Of a DNA stretch of 64,000 nucleotides, positions 18,775-29,134 are shown one piece after another. Below the pieces are notes generated by a model. That model was given only the letters and a program-made list of their open reading frames with translations, searched no databases and was not told the origin of the DNA. Every line of letters starts with the position of its first letter. Within the stretch, counting starts at the first letter, position 1. This DNA is from Rickettsiales bacterium. Lineage in GTDB: Bacteria; Pseudomonadota; Alphaproteobacteria; Rickettsiales; UBA6187. The stretch covers positions 111,905 to 175,904 of the forward strand of contig JBEVNR010000012.1 of the NCBI GenBank assembly GCA_040507985.1, given 5' to 3'. The position numbers were made by a program, and so were the translations under genes.

Positions 18775-19281
18775 TTAACGTTTAGAAAATTGGAATTTTT
18801 TACGCGCTTTTTTCTGTCCGGGTTTTTTACGCTCAACAACGCGGCTATCGCGGGTAAGGAAACCCGCCTGACGCAATGCGGGATGATAATCGGGATCAAA
18901 ATTTACTAACGCCCGAGCGATTCCCATAAGGATGGCCCCGGCTTGGCCGGATAATCCGCCGCCGGATACGTTGCATACAATGTCGAAACGATTTTCGGTA
19001 TTGGTGACGGCAAAAGGCTGGTTTATCACCATGCGCAACACCGCGCGGCCAAAATACGTTTTTATGTCGCGCTTATTGACGATGCATTTGCCCGTACCGC
19101 TTTTTACGATAACCCGAGCCGTAGCGTCCTTGCGACGGCCCAAGGCGAACGCGCGTCCAAGCGCATCTTTCTTAGGTTGGCGTTTTGGAGCGACCTCCGG
19201 TTGTTTTTCTATTTTTTTCGCTGCCGCCAAAGGAGCGAAAGAAGTGCCGGCAAGCGCCTTGCTGATAACTTCAACTTCCAT
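18775..19281 (-). CDS. rpsI: 30S ribosomal protein S9
   Basis: [34 protein letters not shown] and KFQFSKR motifs. Confidence 0.98.
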   Translation of the reverse strand: MEVEVISKALAGTSFAPLAAAKKIEKQPEVAPKRQPKKDALGRAFALGRRKDATARVIVKSGTGKCIVNKRDIKTYFGRAVLRMVINQPFAVTNTENRFDIVCNVSGGGLSGQAGAILMGIARALVNFDPDYHPALRQAGFLTRDSRVVERKKPGQKKARKKFQFSKR

Positions 19282-19283
19282 AA

Positions 19284-19760
19284 TTACTCTTGGTTATCAA
19301 TTGATTTTGCGTTTTTTCGATTTTTTGATCCGAAATCGTATAGCTCGGGTTGTTGGCCTCCATGAGGATGCCGGTCCTCGGCATAAATATACAGTTTGCG
19401 CATTTGGGCGCGCCCGAGCGGAGAACGGGTAATCATGCGCTCGACCGCCTTGTGCAACACGCGTTCCGGAAACTTTCCTTCTAAAACGTGAGAGGCGACG
19501 CGCTCCTTAATTCCTCCGGGATACCCGGTATGGCGATAATATTTTTTATTAGGCGCTTTATTGCCGGTAAGATGCACGTGGCGGGCATTTATGACTACGA
19601 CGCAATCGCCGCAATTCATGTGCGGCGTATATTCCGGACGATGTTTTCCGCGTAAAATCATCGCAATCTCAGAGGCGAGACGCCCAAGCACCAAGTCTTT
19701 TGCGTCGATTAACACCCATTTTGGCGCCAGTTCGGACTCGGAAATCGAGAACGTCTTCAT
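19284..19760 (-). CDS. rplM: 50S ribosomal protein L13
   Basis: [25 protein letters not shown] and [12 protein letters not shown] motifs; ATG at 19760 chosen. Confidence 0.98.
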   Translation of the reverse strand: MKTFSISESELAPKWVLIDAKDLVLGRLASEIAMILRGKHRPEYTPHMNCGDCVVVINARHVHLTGNKAPNKKYYRHTGYPGGIKERVASHVLEGKFPERVLHKAVERMITRSPLGRAQMRKLYIYAEDRHPHGGQQPELYDFGSKNRKNAKSIDNQE

Positions 19761-20061
19761 TTTTTTTAGCAGTTGCATACGGCAAAGCGTTTAATTTTAC
19801 GGTTAACGACCTCCCACTACAACGGAAAAGCCTTAAGGTGACGGCCGCTTTCTTACCAAAGAGAGCGCGACGCGGCGTAATCTCTATAGCGAAAAACACG
19901 TGAAGTCAACCTAATTTGCGCCCGGCTCCATTTCTTTGGCCACATTGTGGTTACCGTGGGCGTAATTCATAAGATTCCCGCTTTCGCGCCGATGAAATTC
20001 TTGTTATGATGGCGAAGGAAACGGCAACAAAGAACAATTAAGCGACCAACTTGTACATAGC

Positions 20062-20412
20062 ATGAACTCCAACATTTCGCCGGCCTTTTACGTTGACGAC
20101 GACGCCTTGGCCCGACTTAGGGAAATTTTAGCGCATAAGGAAGAAGGCGCGTTTCTGCGCATAAAAGTGCTCGGCGGCGGATGTGCCGGCTTTCAATACG
20201 AATATAGCTTCGGCGACGACGCGCAAAACGCCTCGGACAAAGACGCCGTTTATAATTTCGACGAAATTAGGGTGGCGATCGACAAGGCGGCGCTGCCGTT
20301 CGTCGCCGGGGCGACGCTGCGATATAAATCCGCCCTCGGCGCCGCGTCGTTTAGCATCGACAACCCAAACGCCGCGTCCGGTTGCGGGTGCGGCAATAGT
20401 TTTTCCTTATAG
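20062..20412 (+). CDS. Iron-sulfur cluster insertion protein (HesB/IscA/ErpA family)
   Basis: GGGCAGFQY and NPNAASGCGCGNSF motifs. Confidence 0.93.
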   Translation: MNSNISPAFYVDDDALARLREILAHKEEGAFLRIKVLGGGCAGFQYEYSFGDDAQNASDKDAVYNFDEIRVAIDKAALPFVAGATLRYKSALGAASFSIDNPNAASGCGCGNSFSL

Positions 20413-20431
20413 CGTAGCGTAAAAAAACATC

Positions 20432-21097
20432 GTGACCGTTCTTATTTCTCCCTCTTTGTTGGCGTGCGACTTCTCTCGATTGGGAGAGGAATGCGAACGC
20501 GCCGAACGCGCCGGCGCCGATTGGCTGCACGTCGACGTGATGGACGGGCGCTTCGTTCCCAACGTCACCGTCGGTCCGTGCGTCGTCGCCGCCGTCAAGT
20601 CGCGCGCCACCGTTCCCCTCGACGTGCATTTAATGATCGAGGAGCCGGAGAGGCATGTCGACGCCTTTGCCGACGCGGGAAGCGATTATATTACCGTGCA
20701 CGCCGAAGCCTGCCGCCATCTTGACGCCTGCCTGAAGCGCATTCGGGCCTTGGGAAAAAAAGCGGGCGTGTCGCTTAATCCCTCCACTCCGGAGAACGTG
20801 CTGGAATACGTGCTGCGCGACGTCGACCTTATATTGTTGATGACGGTGAATCCCGGTTTCGGCGGACAACGCTTTTTAGACGGGCAGGCGGAGAAAATTC
20901 GCCGCGTGCGCCGCATGATCGACGTCTCCGGAAGCGCCGCGCTGCTCTCGGCGGACGGCGGTATAAACGCCGACACGGCTCCTATCGCGGTTAAGGCCGG
21001 ATGCGACGTGCTGGTCGCCGGATCGGCGGTGTTTTGTAAAACGGGCGATACGGCCATCTACGCAAAAAACATCCAAAAATTGAAAGGTATCGTATGA
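20432..21097 (+). CDS. rpe: Ribulose-phosphate 3-epimerase
   Basis: SPSLLACDF, HVDVMDGRFVPN, DVHLMI, MTVNPGFGGQ and DGG motifs. Confidence 0.97.
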   Translation: MTVLISPSLLACDFSRLGEECERAERAGADWLHVDVMDGRFVPNVTVGPCVVAAVKSRATVPLDVHLMIEEPERHVDAFADAGSDYITVHAEACRHLDACLKRIRALGKKAGVSLNPSTPENVLEYVLRDVDLILLMTVNPGFGGQRFLDGQAEKIRRVRRMIDVSGSAALLSADGGINADTAPIAVKAGCDVLVAGSAVFCKTGDTAIYAKNIQKLKGIV

Positions 21098-21888
21098 AAA
21101 ACTTGGCATGGTTAGGCGCCCTGGCGCTGGTTTGCGCCTGCGCGGCGCCGACCACCTATTATCCGTCGGTGGATCACGGAGAAATGCAAAGCGAAGCGAA
21201 GTACCAAAGCGCGCAAGCCCGCGACGCCGCCGCGTTTTCCCGCTCGACGCCGGCCGAACGGAAGGACGACGAGGCGCGGCTCTTGCGCGTCGCCAAGAAA
21301 ATCGGCCCGTCCGGCGCCGCGCTCTGCGCCGAAATGCGCGGATCGTTCGACGGGTGCAGCTTCGATTTCGCCATGTCGGAACAAGAAGGCGCGAACGCCT
21401 ACGCCGACGGCTCGAAAATTTTCGTCACCCGCGAAATGGCGAACTTTGCCTCTAAAGACGACGAAATGGCGACGGTGCTGGGCCACGAATATGCCCACAA
21501 CATTTTGCGGCACGTGGCGTCGACGCAGCGCAACGTCATGATCGGCACGCTGGCGGGAACGGCGGCAGACGCGCTCGCGCAGTCGCAGGGCGTTAATTCC
21601 GGCGGGGCGTTCGCGCAACTTGGCGCATACGGCGCGCAAATGCGCTATTCGCAAGATTTTGAGCGCGAAGCGGACTATGTCGGGCTATATATCATGGCGA
21701 GGGCAGGATACAAGGTCAACGACGCAAGCGCGTTCTGGCGCAAGATGGCGACCCGCTTCCCGGACGGCATTTACACCGGCGGCACCCACCCCACCAGCGC
21801 GGAGCGTTATATTTCCTTAAATAAGACCGCCGCCGAAATTACGCAAAAACGCGAAAGCGGCAAACCGCTTAGACCCTCGATGCGGTAG
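21094..21888 (+). CDS. M48-family zinc metallopeptidase lipoprotein
   Basis: Lipobox-like CACA, NAYA, LGHEYAH (HExxH), YSQDFEREAD and THP motifs. Confidence 0.9.
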   Translation: MKNLAWLGALALVCACAAPTTYYPSVDHGEMQSEAKYQSAQARDAAAFSRSTPAERKDDEARLLRVAKKIGPSGAALCAEMRGSFDGCSFDFAMSEQEGANAYADGSKIFVTREMANFASKDDEMATVLGHEYAHNILRHVASTQRNVMIGTLAGTAADALAQSQGVNSGGAFAQLGAYGAQMRYSQDFEREADYVGLYIMARAGYKVNDASAFWRKMATRFPDGIYTGGTHPTSAERYISLNKTAAEITQKRESGKPLRPSMR

Positions 21889-21896
21889 CGTCTTTC

Positions 21897-22802
21897 ATGC
21901 GGGAATCGCTCGGGGTCGCGCGCGCTTTTTGCCGCCGTTATAAAGCCGTTTTAACCGGCGTTTTTATCGCTGCGCTGCTCGCCTACGTGTTTCTTCGCAT
22001 CGACCGCGAGGAATTGCGGCATACGCTGTCGGCGCTATCCGTCGGGTCGATGGCGGCGGCGACATGCCTTATTGCGACGTCGCAAATCGTCAGCGCCCTG
22101 CGCATGCGGCTTTACGTGGAGGCGAGCGGTCCGCGCATGGGGTTTCGCGAGGCCGTTGGGTTGTATTTCGCCTCGATGTTTTTAAACGTGTTCATGCCGG
22201 GCGGCATAGGCGGCGACGGGTATAAGTGCGTGGAGCTATCCGCGCGCTACGATTTTCCCCCGTACCGCTCTCTAGCGATCGCCTTGTCGGAAAGGGCGTC
22301 CGGGTTGCTCGCGTTGCTGTTCCTGGCCTTGGCGTCGTTCGCGTTTAGCCGGGCGCCGGAGGCCATCGGCGTCGGGCCGGGATTAACCGCCTGTGCGCTC
22401 GTCATCGCCGGCGCGGCGGTTGCGTCGGCCTATCGGCTCGGAACCGGAGCGCTGCTTCGCGAAAAAATTTCCCTTTCGCTCCGCGCCTTTCCGTATTCCC
22501 TGGCGGTGCAATTATTGCAATTTTCGGCGATGCTGCTGCTACTAGCAGGATTGCCTGACGCGAATTTGGATCGCTGGGCGGATTACGGCCTTATTTTTTT
22601 CCTCTCTTCGCTGCTTGCCATGGTTCCCGTTTCCGTCGGAGGGCTGGGGGTGAGGGAAGCCACGTTTTTTCAGGCGGCGGAATATTTAGACGGCATCTCT
22701 CCCGCCGCCGGCGCCGTGGCGGCCTCGGCCTTCTTTCTATGCCACCTGCCCCCCGCCTTGTGCGGCGTATGGCGCTGGGGAAAGAAATGGCTGCCGGAAT
22801 AA
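21897..22802 (+). CDS. Lysylphosphatidylglycerol synthase TM-domain / flippase-like membrane protein
   Basis: FLNVFMPGGIGGDGYK and PVSVGGLGVREA motifs; multiple TM segments. Confidence 0.85.
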   Translation: MRESLGVARAFCRRYKAVLTGVFIAALLAYVFLRIDREELRHTLSALSVGSMAAATCLIATSQIVSALRMRLYVEASGPRMGFREAVGLYFASMFLNVFMPGGIGGDGYKCVELSARYDFPPYRSLAIALSERASGLLALLFLALASFAFSRAPEAIGVGPGLTACALVIAGAAVASAYRLGTGALLREKISLSLRAFPYSLAVQLLQFSAMLLLLAGLPDANLDRWADYGLIFFLSSLLAMVPVSVGGLGVREATFFQAAEYLDGISPAAGAVAASAFFLCHLPPALCGVWRWGKKWLPE

Positions 22803-22821
22803 AGTAGCAAAACGCGTTACG

Positions 22822-24345
22822 TCATCTTCCCCGCATAATCGCGTCCACCAACTCCGCGACGGCCGGAATGTGTCCATCGGCATAGAGGGGGTCGTCCGAA
22901 AACCGGTAGGCGTTATGTCCGGAGAACATTAACTGGTCGTCAAAATTTCCGTGGCCGTGGATCACGTCTTGCAGGGTTTTTTGGATGCAAAAGCTGCGGG
23001 GGTCTGCCTTTCGCCCGGTGGAATAATCGTCGTGGTCCTTCCAATTGCTGAACTTACAATGGCTTAGGCATCCCATGCAGTTAATTTGGTCGCGGCGGAT
23101 GCCGTCCGATTCCTCGGACGAGACGAAGATGAGCGTGTTGTCCGGGGTGCGCAACGCCTCGGAGAATCCTTGCCGCACCCATTCTTCCGCCAACAGCTTG
23201 TCGTGCGGTTCGACGTAGACGGTGCGCGCCCGCGCGCCGACGGTCAATTCTTCCGACAATACGCCGCTTGGCACGGCGCCAAAGGGAATTTGGCGATGAT
23301 TGCGGTCGATCATCATTTGGATGAAGCCGTTATGCACGGCGGAGGAATAAAATCCCGTCGGACTGAAGCGGTTTAAATACACGTCGCCTTTTTTAAGAGT
23401 CAGCAGCTTTTTCTTCCATGCATCCGGAACGGGGCTTTCTTTCGTGAGGATAGGCCTTGTGCCGAATTGAAAGGCGATGGGACCGATCTCGGGATTGTCA
23501 AGCCAATCCGCCCATTCGTCGATATGCCACACGCCGCCGGCCATGACCACGGGCGTATCCTTTAATCCGACCTCGTTCATAAACGAACGTAATTCCGCCA
23601 CCCGGGCATAAGGCTCCTCAAACGTCTCCGGGTCTTCGTTGTTGGAAAGCCCGTTATGGCCGCCCGCCTTCCACGGGTCTTCGTACACCACCGCGCCGAG
23701 CTTTTCGGCGTATTTGGAATAGGAACGCTTCCACAACGCCCGAAACGCCCGCATCGACGAGACGATAGGATAATAATACACGTCGTATTTCGCGGCGATT
23801 TCGGAAAGGCGATAGGGCATGCCGGCGCCGCACGTCACGCCGTGAATCAATCCCTTTGCCCCCTCCAATATGCCTTCAAGCACGCGAGCGGCGCCGCCCA
23901 TTTCCCATAGCACGTTCATGTGCACCCGCCCTTCGCCGCCGGAGACGTCGCGCGCGATGCGCGCTTGCTCGACGCCGCCTTGTATGGCTTTTTGGATAAG
24001 CTCCTCGTGGCGGTCGCGCCGAGTTTTTCCCTTATAGACAACGGGAACGGGACGTCCCTCCGCGTCATAGCTGTCGGCGTTCACTCCGGAAAACGTCCCC
24101 ACCGCGCCGGCGGCGGCGAAGGCGCCGGAGGTGAGGCCGTTGCTGACGCCGACTCCCTTGCCGCCTTCGATGATAGGTAAGGCTTCCCGTCCGGAGATGA
24201 GAATGGGGCGCAACCCTTTAAGCCATGAAGAAGGGGCGTCAAAAACGGAATCGCGACTAGCTAGGGCGTTCAAGGCTTCACTCGCATAAATGGGCGCCGC
24301 GCTTGCGGCAAACGCCGCACGTGCGAACAACGGGAAGCGCATCAT
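22822..24345 (-). CDS. Nitronate monooxygenase-family flavin oxidoreductase (true start probably further downstream)
   Basis: PIIEGGKGVG, MNVLWEMG, VTCGAGMPY, YEDPWKAGGHNG and QFGTRP motifs. Confidence 0.85.
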   Translation of the reverse strand: MMRFPLFARAAFAASAAPIYASEALNALASRDSVFDAPSSWLKGLRPILISGREALPIIEGGKGVGVSNGLTSGAFAAAGAVGTFSGVNADSYDAEGRPVPVVYKGKTRRDRHEELIQKAIQGGVEQARIARDVSGGEGRVHMNVLWEMGGAARVLEGILEGAKGLIHGVTCGAGMPYRLSEIAAKYDVYYYPIVSSMRAFRALWKRSYSKYAEKLGAVVYEDPWKAGGHNGLSNNEDPETFEEPYARVAELRSFMNEVGLKDTPVVMAGGVWHIDEWADWLDNPEIGPIAFQFGTRPILTKESPVPDAWKKKLLTLKKGDVYLNRFSPTGFYSSAVHNGFIQMMIDRNHRQIPFGAVPSGVLSEELTVGARARTVYVEPHDKLLAEEWVRQGFSEALRTPDNTLIFVSSEESDGIRRDQINCMGCLSHCKFSNWKDHDDYSTGRKADPRSFCIQKTLQDVIHGHGNFDDQLMFSGHNAYRFSDDPLYADGHIPAVAELVDAIMRGR

Positions 24346-24441
24346 AACGGAGAAGCCGCCCCGTGTAAATCGCCTGATTAGGCGCTTCTAAAGAATTTTT
24401 ACCTTTGGCGACATGCGAGGAAACAATTGCATGAAATTATT

Positions 24442-24456
24442 TTAATTTTTTATTAA
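24442..24456. promoter_or_regulatory. Candidate CtrA box (TTAA-N7-TTAA)
   Basis: TTAA-TTTTTTA-TTAA upstream of the 24527 gene; context is AT-rich, so a chance match is possible. Confidence 0.3.
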
Positions 24457-24526
24457 AAATTAAAATAATTTCATTGAGTGTACGGCGCGACCTCACTAAA
24501 ATATTTCCATGACTCCGGAATAAAAA

Positions 24527-24994
24527 GTGAGTTTGAGTATGTTAGACGCAATAAAGACGGGCGACGCACGCACCTCCGACGCTTATCGAGGATTTTTAGA
24601 CAACTATATTTTTTCGGACGCGCTAACGACGTTTTTTTCGTCAACGCAACATGCCGCCTCCCACGCGGAACGCGCCGTTGCGTTAAGCGGGTACTTTTAT
24701 CTTTTCATGACCTTGGCGGCGGAACTACGCCTCGCCCTTCTTCTCGACGGAGAAAATGACGCAAAGAACAATTTCTCGGAAGAATCGGAAGGCACGTCCA
24801 ACCAAGACGCCATAAAAGTAGGCGACCACGTCTTTAAATTGATGAGCGAGGCGCAAAGCGGCGATTTTCTTCGCCGGCGCCGCGAAAAGGAAAATACGGA
24901 ATTCATGAGTAAAATTCCGAAACCGCCCAAAACCCACGTGAGATTCGTCCTTGAATCTAAATACAGCGAAATGAATACGGGCAGAGGGTTATAA
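24527..24994 (+). CDS. Hypothetical protein
   Basis: 155-aa ORF; no recognisable motif. Confidence 0.55.
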   Translation: MSLSMLDAIKTGDARTSDAYRGFLDNYIFSDALTTFFSSTQHAASHAERAVALSGYFYLFMTLAAELRLALLLDGENDAKNNFSEESEGTSNQDAIKVGDHVFKLMSEAQSGDFLRRRREKENTEFMSKIPKPPKTHVRFVLESKYSEMNTGRGL

Positions 24995-25024
24995 CCACAC
25001 GTTAGGTCTATTTACTTTCCCGCA

Positions 25025-25050
25025 TTAGGACCTCATTAACGAGTGTTTGA
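25025..25050. promoter_or_regulatory. Candidate overlapping CtrA sites upstream of the tacA-like gene
   Basis: TTAG-N7-TTAAC (25025-25040) overlapping TTAA-N7-TTGA (25036-25050); one mismatch each. Confidence 0.4.
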
Positions 25051-25141
25051 TACTATGAACAACGTTAAGTTTATTTCTTTACAGAAAATTCTGCGGTTTT
25101 AGTGGCGAAACCGTTAGCCCACATGCGCCGATGCGGAACTT

Positions 25142-26602
25142 ATGACCTATAACATCCTTTTAGTGGACGACGACAAAAGCGACGCCGAGTTGCTAAAAAT
25201 GCGGCTCGAGACGCGGGCGAATTGCCGCGTGACCGTGCTCACGACCGGCAAGGACGCGATGGACGCCCTCACCGCCACCAGGCATTCCCCCTACGATTTG
25301 GTGCTGCTCGATCTCGGCATGCCCGGAGTGGATGGCATGGACGTGCTGAATTCCGCCCGTCCCATCCATCCCGCCCTGCCGATCGTGGTGCGCACCGGGC
25401 GCGACGAGTCCGCCGTGGCGGTCGAGGCGTTAAAAGCCGGCGCCACCGATTTCGTATGCAAAACCGATTCCTTCGACAAATTAGAAAAAACCGTCAAAAC
25501 CGCCTTGCTTTCGAGCAAGATTGACGCGGAAATGGCGCGCTACCATAACGACGCGACGGGTCGCAAGACCAATTTTAACGATATTCTGGGCGAATCCGCC
25601 GCCGTGAAGGAAATGATCGCCTGCGCGAAAAAAGCGGCGAACTCCGATATTTCCGTCTTGATAGAAGGAGAAAGCGGTTGCGGAAAGGAATTGCTCGCCC
25701 GGGCGATCCACAACGCCGGACGGCGCGCCGACAAGCCGTTCATCGCGGTCAATTGCGGGGCCATTCCCGAAAACCTGGCGGAAAGCGTGCTGTTCGGCCA
25801 TGAAAAAGGCGCCTTTACGGGCGCGATCTACAAGGCCATCGGAAAATTTCGCGAAGCCGACGGCGGCACGATTTTTCTGGACGAGGTGGGAGAGTTGTCG
25901 CCGGACGCCCAAACGAAATTATTGCGCGCCCTGGAAAGCGGAGAGATAGACGCGGTCGGATCGCACTCCAAAATTAAGGTGGACGTGCGCGTCATTTCCG
26001 CCACCAACCGCGACTTAACCGGCGAAGTGCGCGCCAAGGCGTTTCGCGAAGACTTATATTACCGACTTAACGTATTTCCCGTCCACGTGCCGCCGCTCCG
26101 CGAACGCGCGGGCGACGTGCCGATGCTGGTGCGCTATTACGCCGGCCGCTTTAGCCACATCGAGGGGAAGGCCGCGCCGGAGTTGTCTTCCGACGCCATG
26201 CGGCTGCTGGAAACCTATTCCTGGCCCGGCAACGTGCGCCAGTTGAAAAACGCCATCTATCGCGCGGTGGTGCTCAGCGAAGACGCGCGGCTGGAGTCGG
26301 AGTTTTTTCCCTCCGTGGCGTCGGACGCGGCGGAAGGAAAGCGTCGCGCTGCCCGTTCGGACGGCGTGGCGCCGTTGCCGGAATTCGCCCTTTCCGTCAT
26401 CGGCCAAAGCGGCCACGCGCGATCGCTCGAGGAGATGGAAAAAGAAATCATCGAAAAAACCATGGCGCGCTATCACGGTTGCATTTCCGAGGCGTCGAGG
26501 AGGCTTGGCGTCGGGCGTTCGACGCTCTACCGAAAAATGTACAAATACGCGCTGCACCGTTACTTAGACGAGGGCGACGCGACGCGCGCGGCGGGAGAAT
26601 GA
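25142..26602 (+). CDS. Sigma-54-dependent response regulator (TacA-like; REC-AAA+-HTH)
   Basis: ILLVDDD receiver, GESGCGKE, GAFTGA, FLDEVGE, DLYYRLNV, WPGNVRQL and GVGRSTLYRK motifs; GHARSLEEME segment resembles TacA. Confidence 0.92.
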   Translation: MTYNILLVDDDKSDAELLKMRLETRANCRVTVLTTGKDAMDALTATRHSPYDLVLLDLGMPGVDGMDVLNSARPIHPALPIVVRTGRDESAVAVEALKAGATDFVCKTDSFDKLEKTVKTALLSSKIDAEMARYHNDATGRKTNFNDILGESAAVKEMIACAKKAANSDISVLIEGESGCGKELLARAIHNAGRRADKPFIAVNCGAIPENLAESVLFGHEKGAFTGAIYKAIGKFREADGGTIFLDEVGELSPDAQTKLLRALESGEIDAVGSHSKIKVDVRVISATNRDLTGEVRAKAFREDLYYRLNVFPVHVPPLRERAGDVPMLVRYYAGRFSHIEGKAAPELSSDAMRLLETYSWPGNVRQLKNAIYRAVVLSEDARLESEFFPSVASDAAEGKRRAARSDGVAPLPEFALSVIGQSGHARSLEEMEKEIIEKTMARYHGCISEASRRLGVGRSTLYRKMYKYALHRYLDEGDATRAAGE

Positions 26603-27309
26603 CGCCGCAAGCGCGAGCCACTCAGGGGTTTTCTCTGGTCGAGTTGGCCATCGTGATGGTCATCGTCGGGCTGCTCGCCGCCGGAGTGACGGCGGGGCGC
26701 ACGCTGATGGCCTCGGCGCAAATGCGGGTAATCATCGCCGAAGCGCAAAATTTTAAATTGCAGACCGACAATTTTTTCTCCCGGTACGACGCCCTGCCCG
26801 GCGACCTTAAAAATGCCAACGACGCATGGACCAACGCCGAAAGCGGCAACGGCAACGGCAAGATCGAAGACGACGAAAGCTTCCAGTTTTGGAAGCAATT
26901 ACGGCTGGCCGAGCTTATTGCGGGGAATTTTAGCGGCGAAGGACCGGACGCCGCCATTGGGGTGAACGTGCCGGCGTCGAAGGAAAACGCGGCGGGATTC
27001 GACGCGCTCCGGCACGAGGCCCCGGGCGGGTGGGTCGACAAGGCGGGACGTCATTTAAAGGGAAATTATTTGCGCTACGGCAAGGAGCCGACGCCCACGG
27101 GCGACGCCGATTACCTCACGGCGCCGGCGCTGACGGGCGAAAGCGCGGCGGACATTGACGCCAAAATCGACAACGGCGTTCCCAATTACGGCGGCGTGCT
27201 GGCCGTAAACGGCGAGGGCGCGACGCATTGCTACAACGCCGACGGCAGCGCCTACGATTATTCCGTAAAACTACCCCAATGCGTGCTGCTCTTTACGCTT
27301 GGCTATTAG
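26599..27309 (+). CDS. Type IV prepilin-like protein
   Basis: QG|FSLVELAIVMVIVGLL (G-1, F+1, E+5); ATGA overlap with the upstream regulator; C-terminal Cys pair. Confidence 0.88.
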   Translation: MTPQARATQGFSLVELAIVMVIVGLLAAGVTAGRTLMASAQMRVIIAEAQNFKLQTDNFFSRYDALPGDLKNANDAWTNAESGNGNGKIEDDESFQFWKQLRLAELIAGNFSGEGPDAAIGVNVPASKENAAGFDALRHEAPGGWVDKAGRHLKGNYLRYGKEPTPTGDADYLTAPALTGESAADIDAKIDNGVPNYGGVLAVNGEGATHCYNADGSAYDYSVKLPQCVLLFTLGY

Positions 27310-27321
27310 GGACGCGCGATG

Positions 27322-28188
27322 TTACGACAACGCCATAAACACCGAAACATATAGAGCCAACAACGCGTTGCGCTCAAAAAATACGCGACATGCGTCGACG
27401 GAGCGCAAGTCCAGGGAGTAGATTGCCTGCCACGCCCAGAGCGCGCCGGGCGCAGCGCCGGCGATGACGTACAGCGGAGCGGCGCCGCTCTCCATTAATC
27501 CCGCCAGCGCGAAGAGGGCGAAAGCCGCACCGTAACAGGCGGCGACGGCTTCCCTTATATGTTCCCCGAACAAAAGAACCGTCGAGCGCAATCCCAGTTT
27601 TTCGTCCTGGGGAGCGTCGGGAACGGCGTATATCGTATCGTACCCCACGGTGAGGAACGTTCCGCCCGCGTAAAGAATAAGCGCCGAGACGGTGACGCTA
27701 TCGGTAAGCGCGGCATAGGAGATAAGCGCGCCCGCGTTAAACGTCATGCCCAGGAAAAATTGCGGCGCCGGCGTTGCGCGTTTCGCAAGGGGATACATCG
27801 CGGCCATGCCGGCGGCGACAAACGCCAACGCTATGGCCAGACCGTTTAATAACGTTAGGCCAAGTGCGCCTACCGCCAGCAATCCGGCCAGAAGCGGGAG
27901 CGCTTCGCGGGGCATGATCTCGCCCGAGGCCAGCGGACGGTCTTTCGTGCGATCGACCTGCGCGTCTATTTTCATGTCCCATAAATCGTTCACGACGCAT
28001 CCGGCCGAACGCATCGCGAAAGCGGCAAGAAACAGACCGAATCCTACGACGCAGGCGTCCCAGAACGGAGCGTCGGCCAATGCCGCGCCCCATAGACATG
28101 GAAAACCAAGCAGCAGGGCGCCCGTGGGCTTGTCGAGCCGCGCCAGACGCCAATAGGGCGAACGTGTGATTTTATGTGGAAATTCGAT
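27322..28188 (-). CDS. ubiA: 4-hydroxybenzoate octaprenyltransferase, with an apparent non-canonical ATC start
   Basis: YWRLARLDKPTGALLLGFPCLW lies in frame upstream of the TTG at 28080; NDLWD..ID..V.RTK.RPLASG and YDTIYA motifs. Confidence 0.9.
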   Translation of the reverse strand: MEFPHKITRSPYWRLARLDKPTGALLLGFPCLWGAALADAPFWDACVVGFGLFLAAFAMRSAGCVVNDLWDMKIDAQVDRTKDRPLASGEIMPREALPLLAGLLAVGALGLTLLNGLAIALAFVAAGMAAMYPLAKRATPAPQFFLGMTFNAGALISYAALTDSVTVSALILYAGGTFLTVGYDTIYAVPDAPQDEKLGLRSTVLLFGEHIREAVAACYGAAFALFALAGLMESGAAPLYVIAGAAPGALWAWQAIYSLDLRSVDACRVFFERNALLALYVSVFMALS

Positions 28189-28206
28189 GTCTTCCCCCTA
28201 TGATAT

Positions 28207-28376
28207 TAGACTTCTTGCATAACCCGCTAAGGCGGAGCGGATACTAGGTTTCGCCCGCCCGGAGAACCGCAGCGTACTAGACGCGAAGGCCTGCCCCCGC
28301 GAAAGCGGGGGTAAGGATTCGAGGATGGACGAACCGACGTAGACGCCCGCTTTAGTAGGGTTATGCAAGAAGTCTA
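28207..28376. repeat. RPE1-like palindromic element with nested hairpin
   Basis: TA-GACTTCTTGCATAAC ... GTTATGCAAGAAGTC-TA with core AGAACCGCAGCGTAC...AGGATTCGAG and nested GCCTGCCCCCGCGAAAGCGGGGGT. Confidence 0.85.
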
Positions 28377-28409
28377 TTTTAAAGACATACCTAACTATGC
28401 GTACCGCTT

Positions 28410-29069
28410 ATGCGTCCGGCGATTGAACTTATCCATCTCACTAAACTATACACCATCTCGCACTTTCGGCGCAAGCTTGTGTTAAACGACGTGAATCTTC
28501 GCATTCCCTCCGACGTGAGTATCGGAATCATGGGAAAGAACGGCGCGGGCAAGTCGACGCTGGTCAACCTTATTTCGGGGGTGGAGTTTCCCTCCTCCGG
28601 GCGCATCGCCCGAAACGGCCTGCGCATTTCCTGGCCCATCGGGCGCGGAGGCGTGCAAGGGGCGTTGTCGGCCTACAACAACATTAAGTTCATTTGTCGC
28701 GTGACGGGCGCCAATTTCAGAAAGTCAGCCGACATGGTGGCTGACCTGACGGAATTGGGGGCCTATATGGACATGCCCGTCCACACCTATTCGTCGGGCA
28801 TGAAGGCGCGCCTCATGCTCGCCATGAGCCTGATTCCCGAATATGACTGCTATTTGGTGGACGAAGGATTCAACGCCGGCACCCCAAAATTCACCGAAAA
28901 ATTTAACGAGGTCTTTAGCCGCCGACGCGAACGGGCGAACATGCTCTGCATATCGCACAATCCTGCAATCATCCGCCGTTTTTGCGACAAGGCCGCCTTG
29001 CTGAGAGATGGAAAGCTCGTCCTTTTTGAAGATATCGAAGAGGCGGTGGAAATATTCAAAACTCTGTAA
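28410..29069 (+). CDS. kpsT: Capsular polysaccharide ABC exporter ATP-binding protein
   Basis: GKNGAGKST, ISWPIG, YSSGMKARL and DCYLVDE motifs typical of KpsT. Confidence 0.88.
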   Translation: MRPAIELIHLTKLYTISHFRRKLVLNDVNLRIPSDVSIGIMGKNGAGKSTLVNLISGVEFPSSGRIARNGLRISWPIGRGGVQGALSAYNNIKFICRVTGANFRKSADMVADLTELGAYMDMPVHTYSSGMKARLMLAMSLIPEYDCYLVDEGFNAGTPKFTEKFNEVFSRRRERANMLCISHNPAIIRRFCDKAALLRDGKLVLFEDIEEAVEIFKTL

Positions 29070-29134
29070 ATTGGCCTCCGCAGGGATGGCGCATGGATAG
29101 GGAACGTCGGCGGGATAACCTCCATCCTCCCTAT

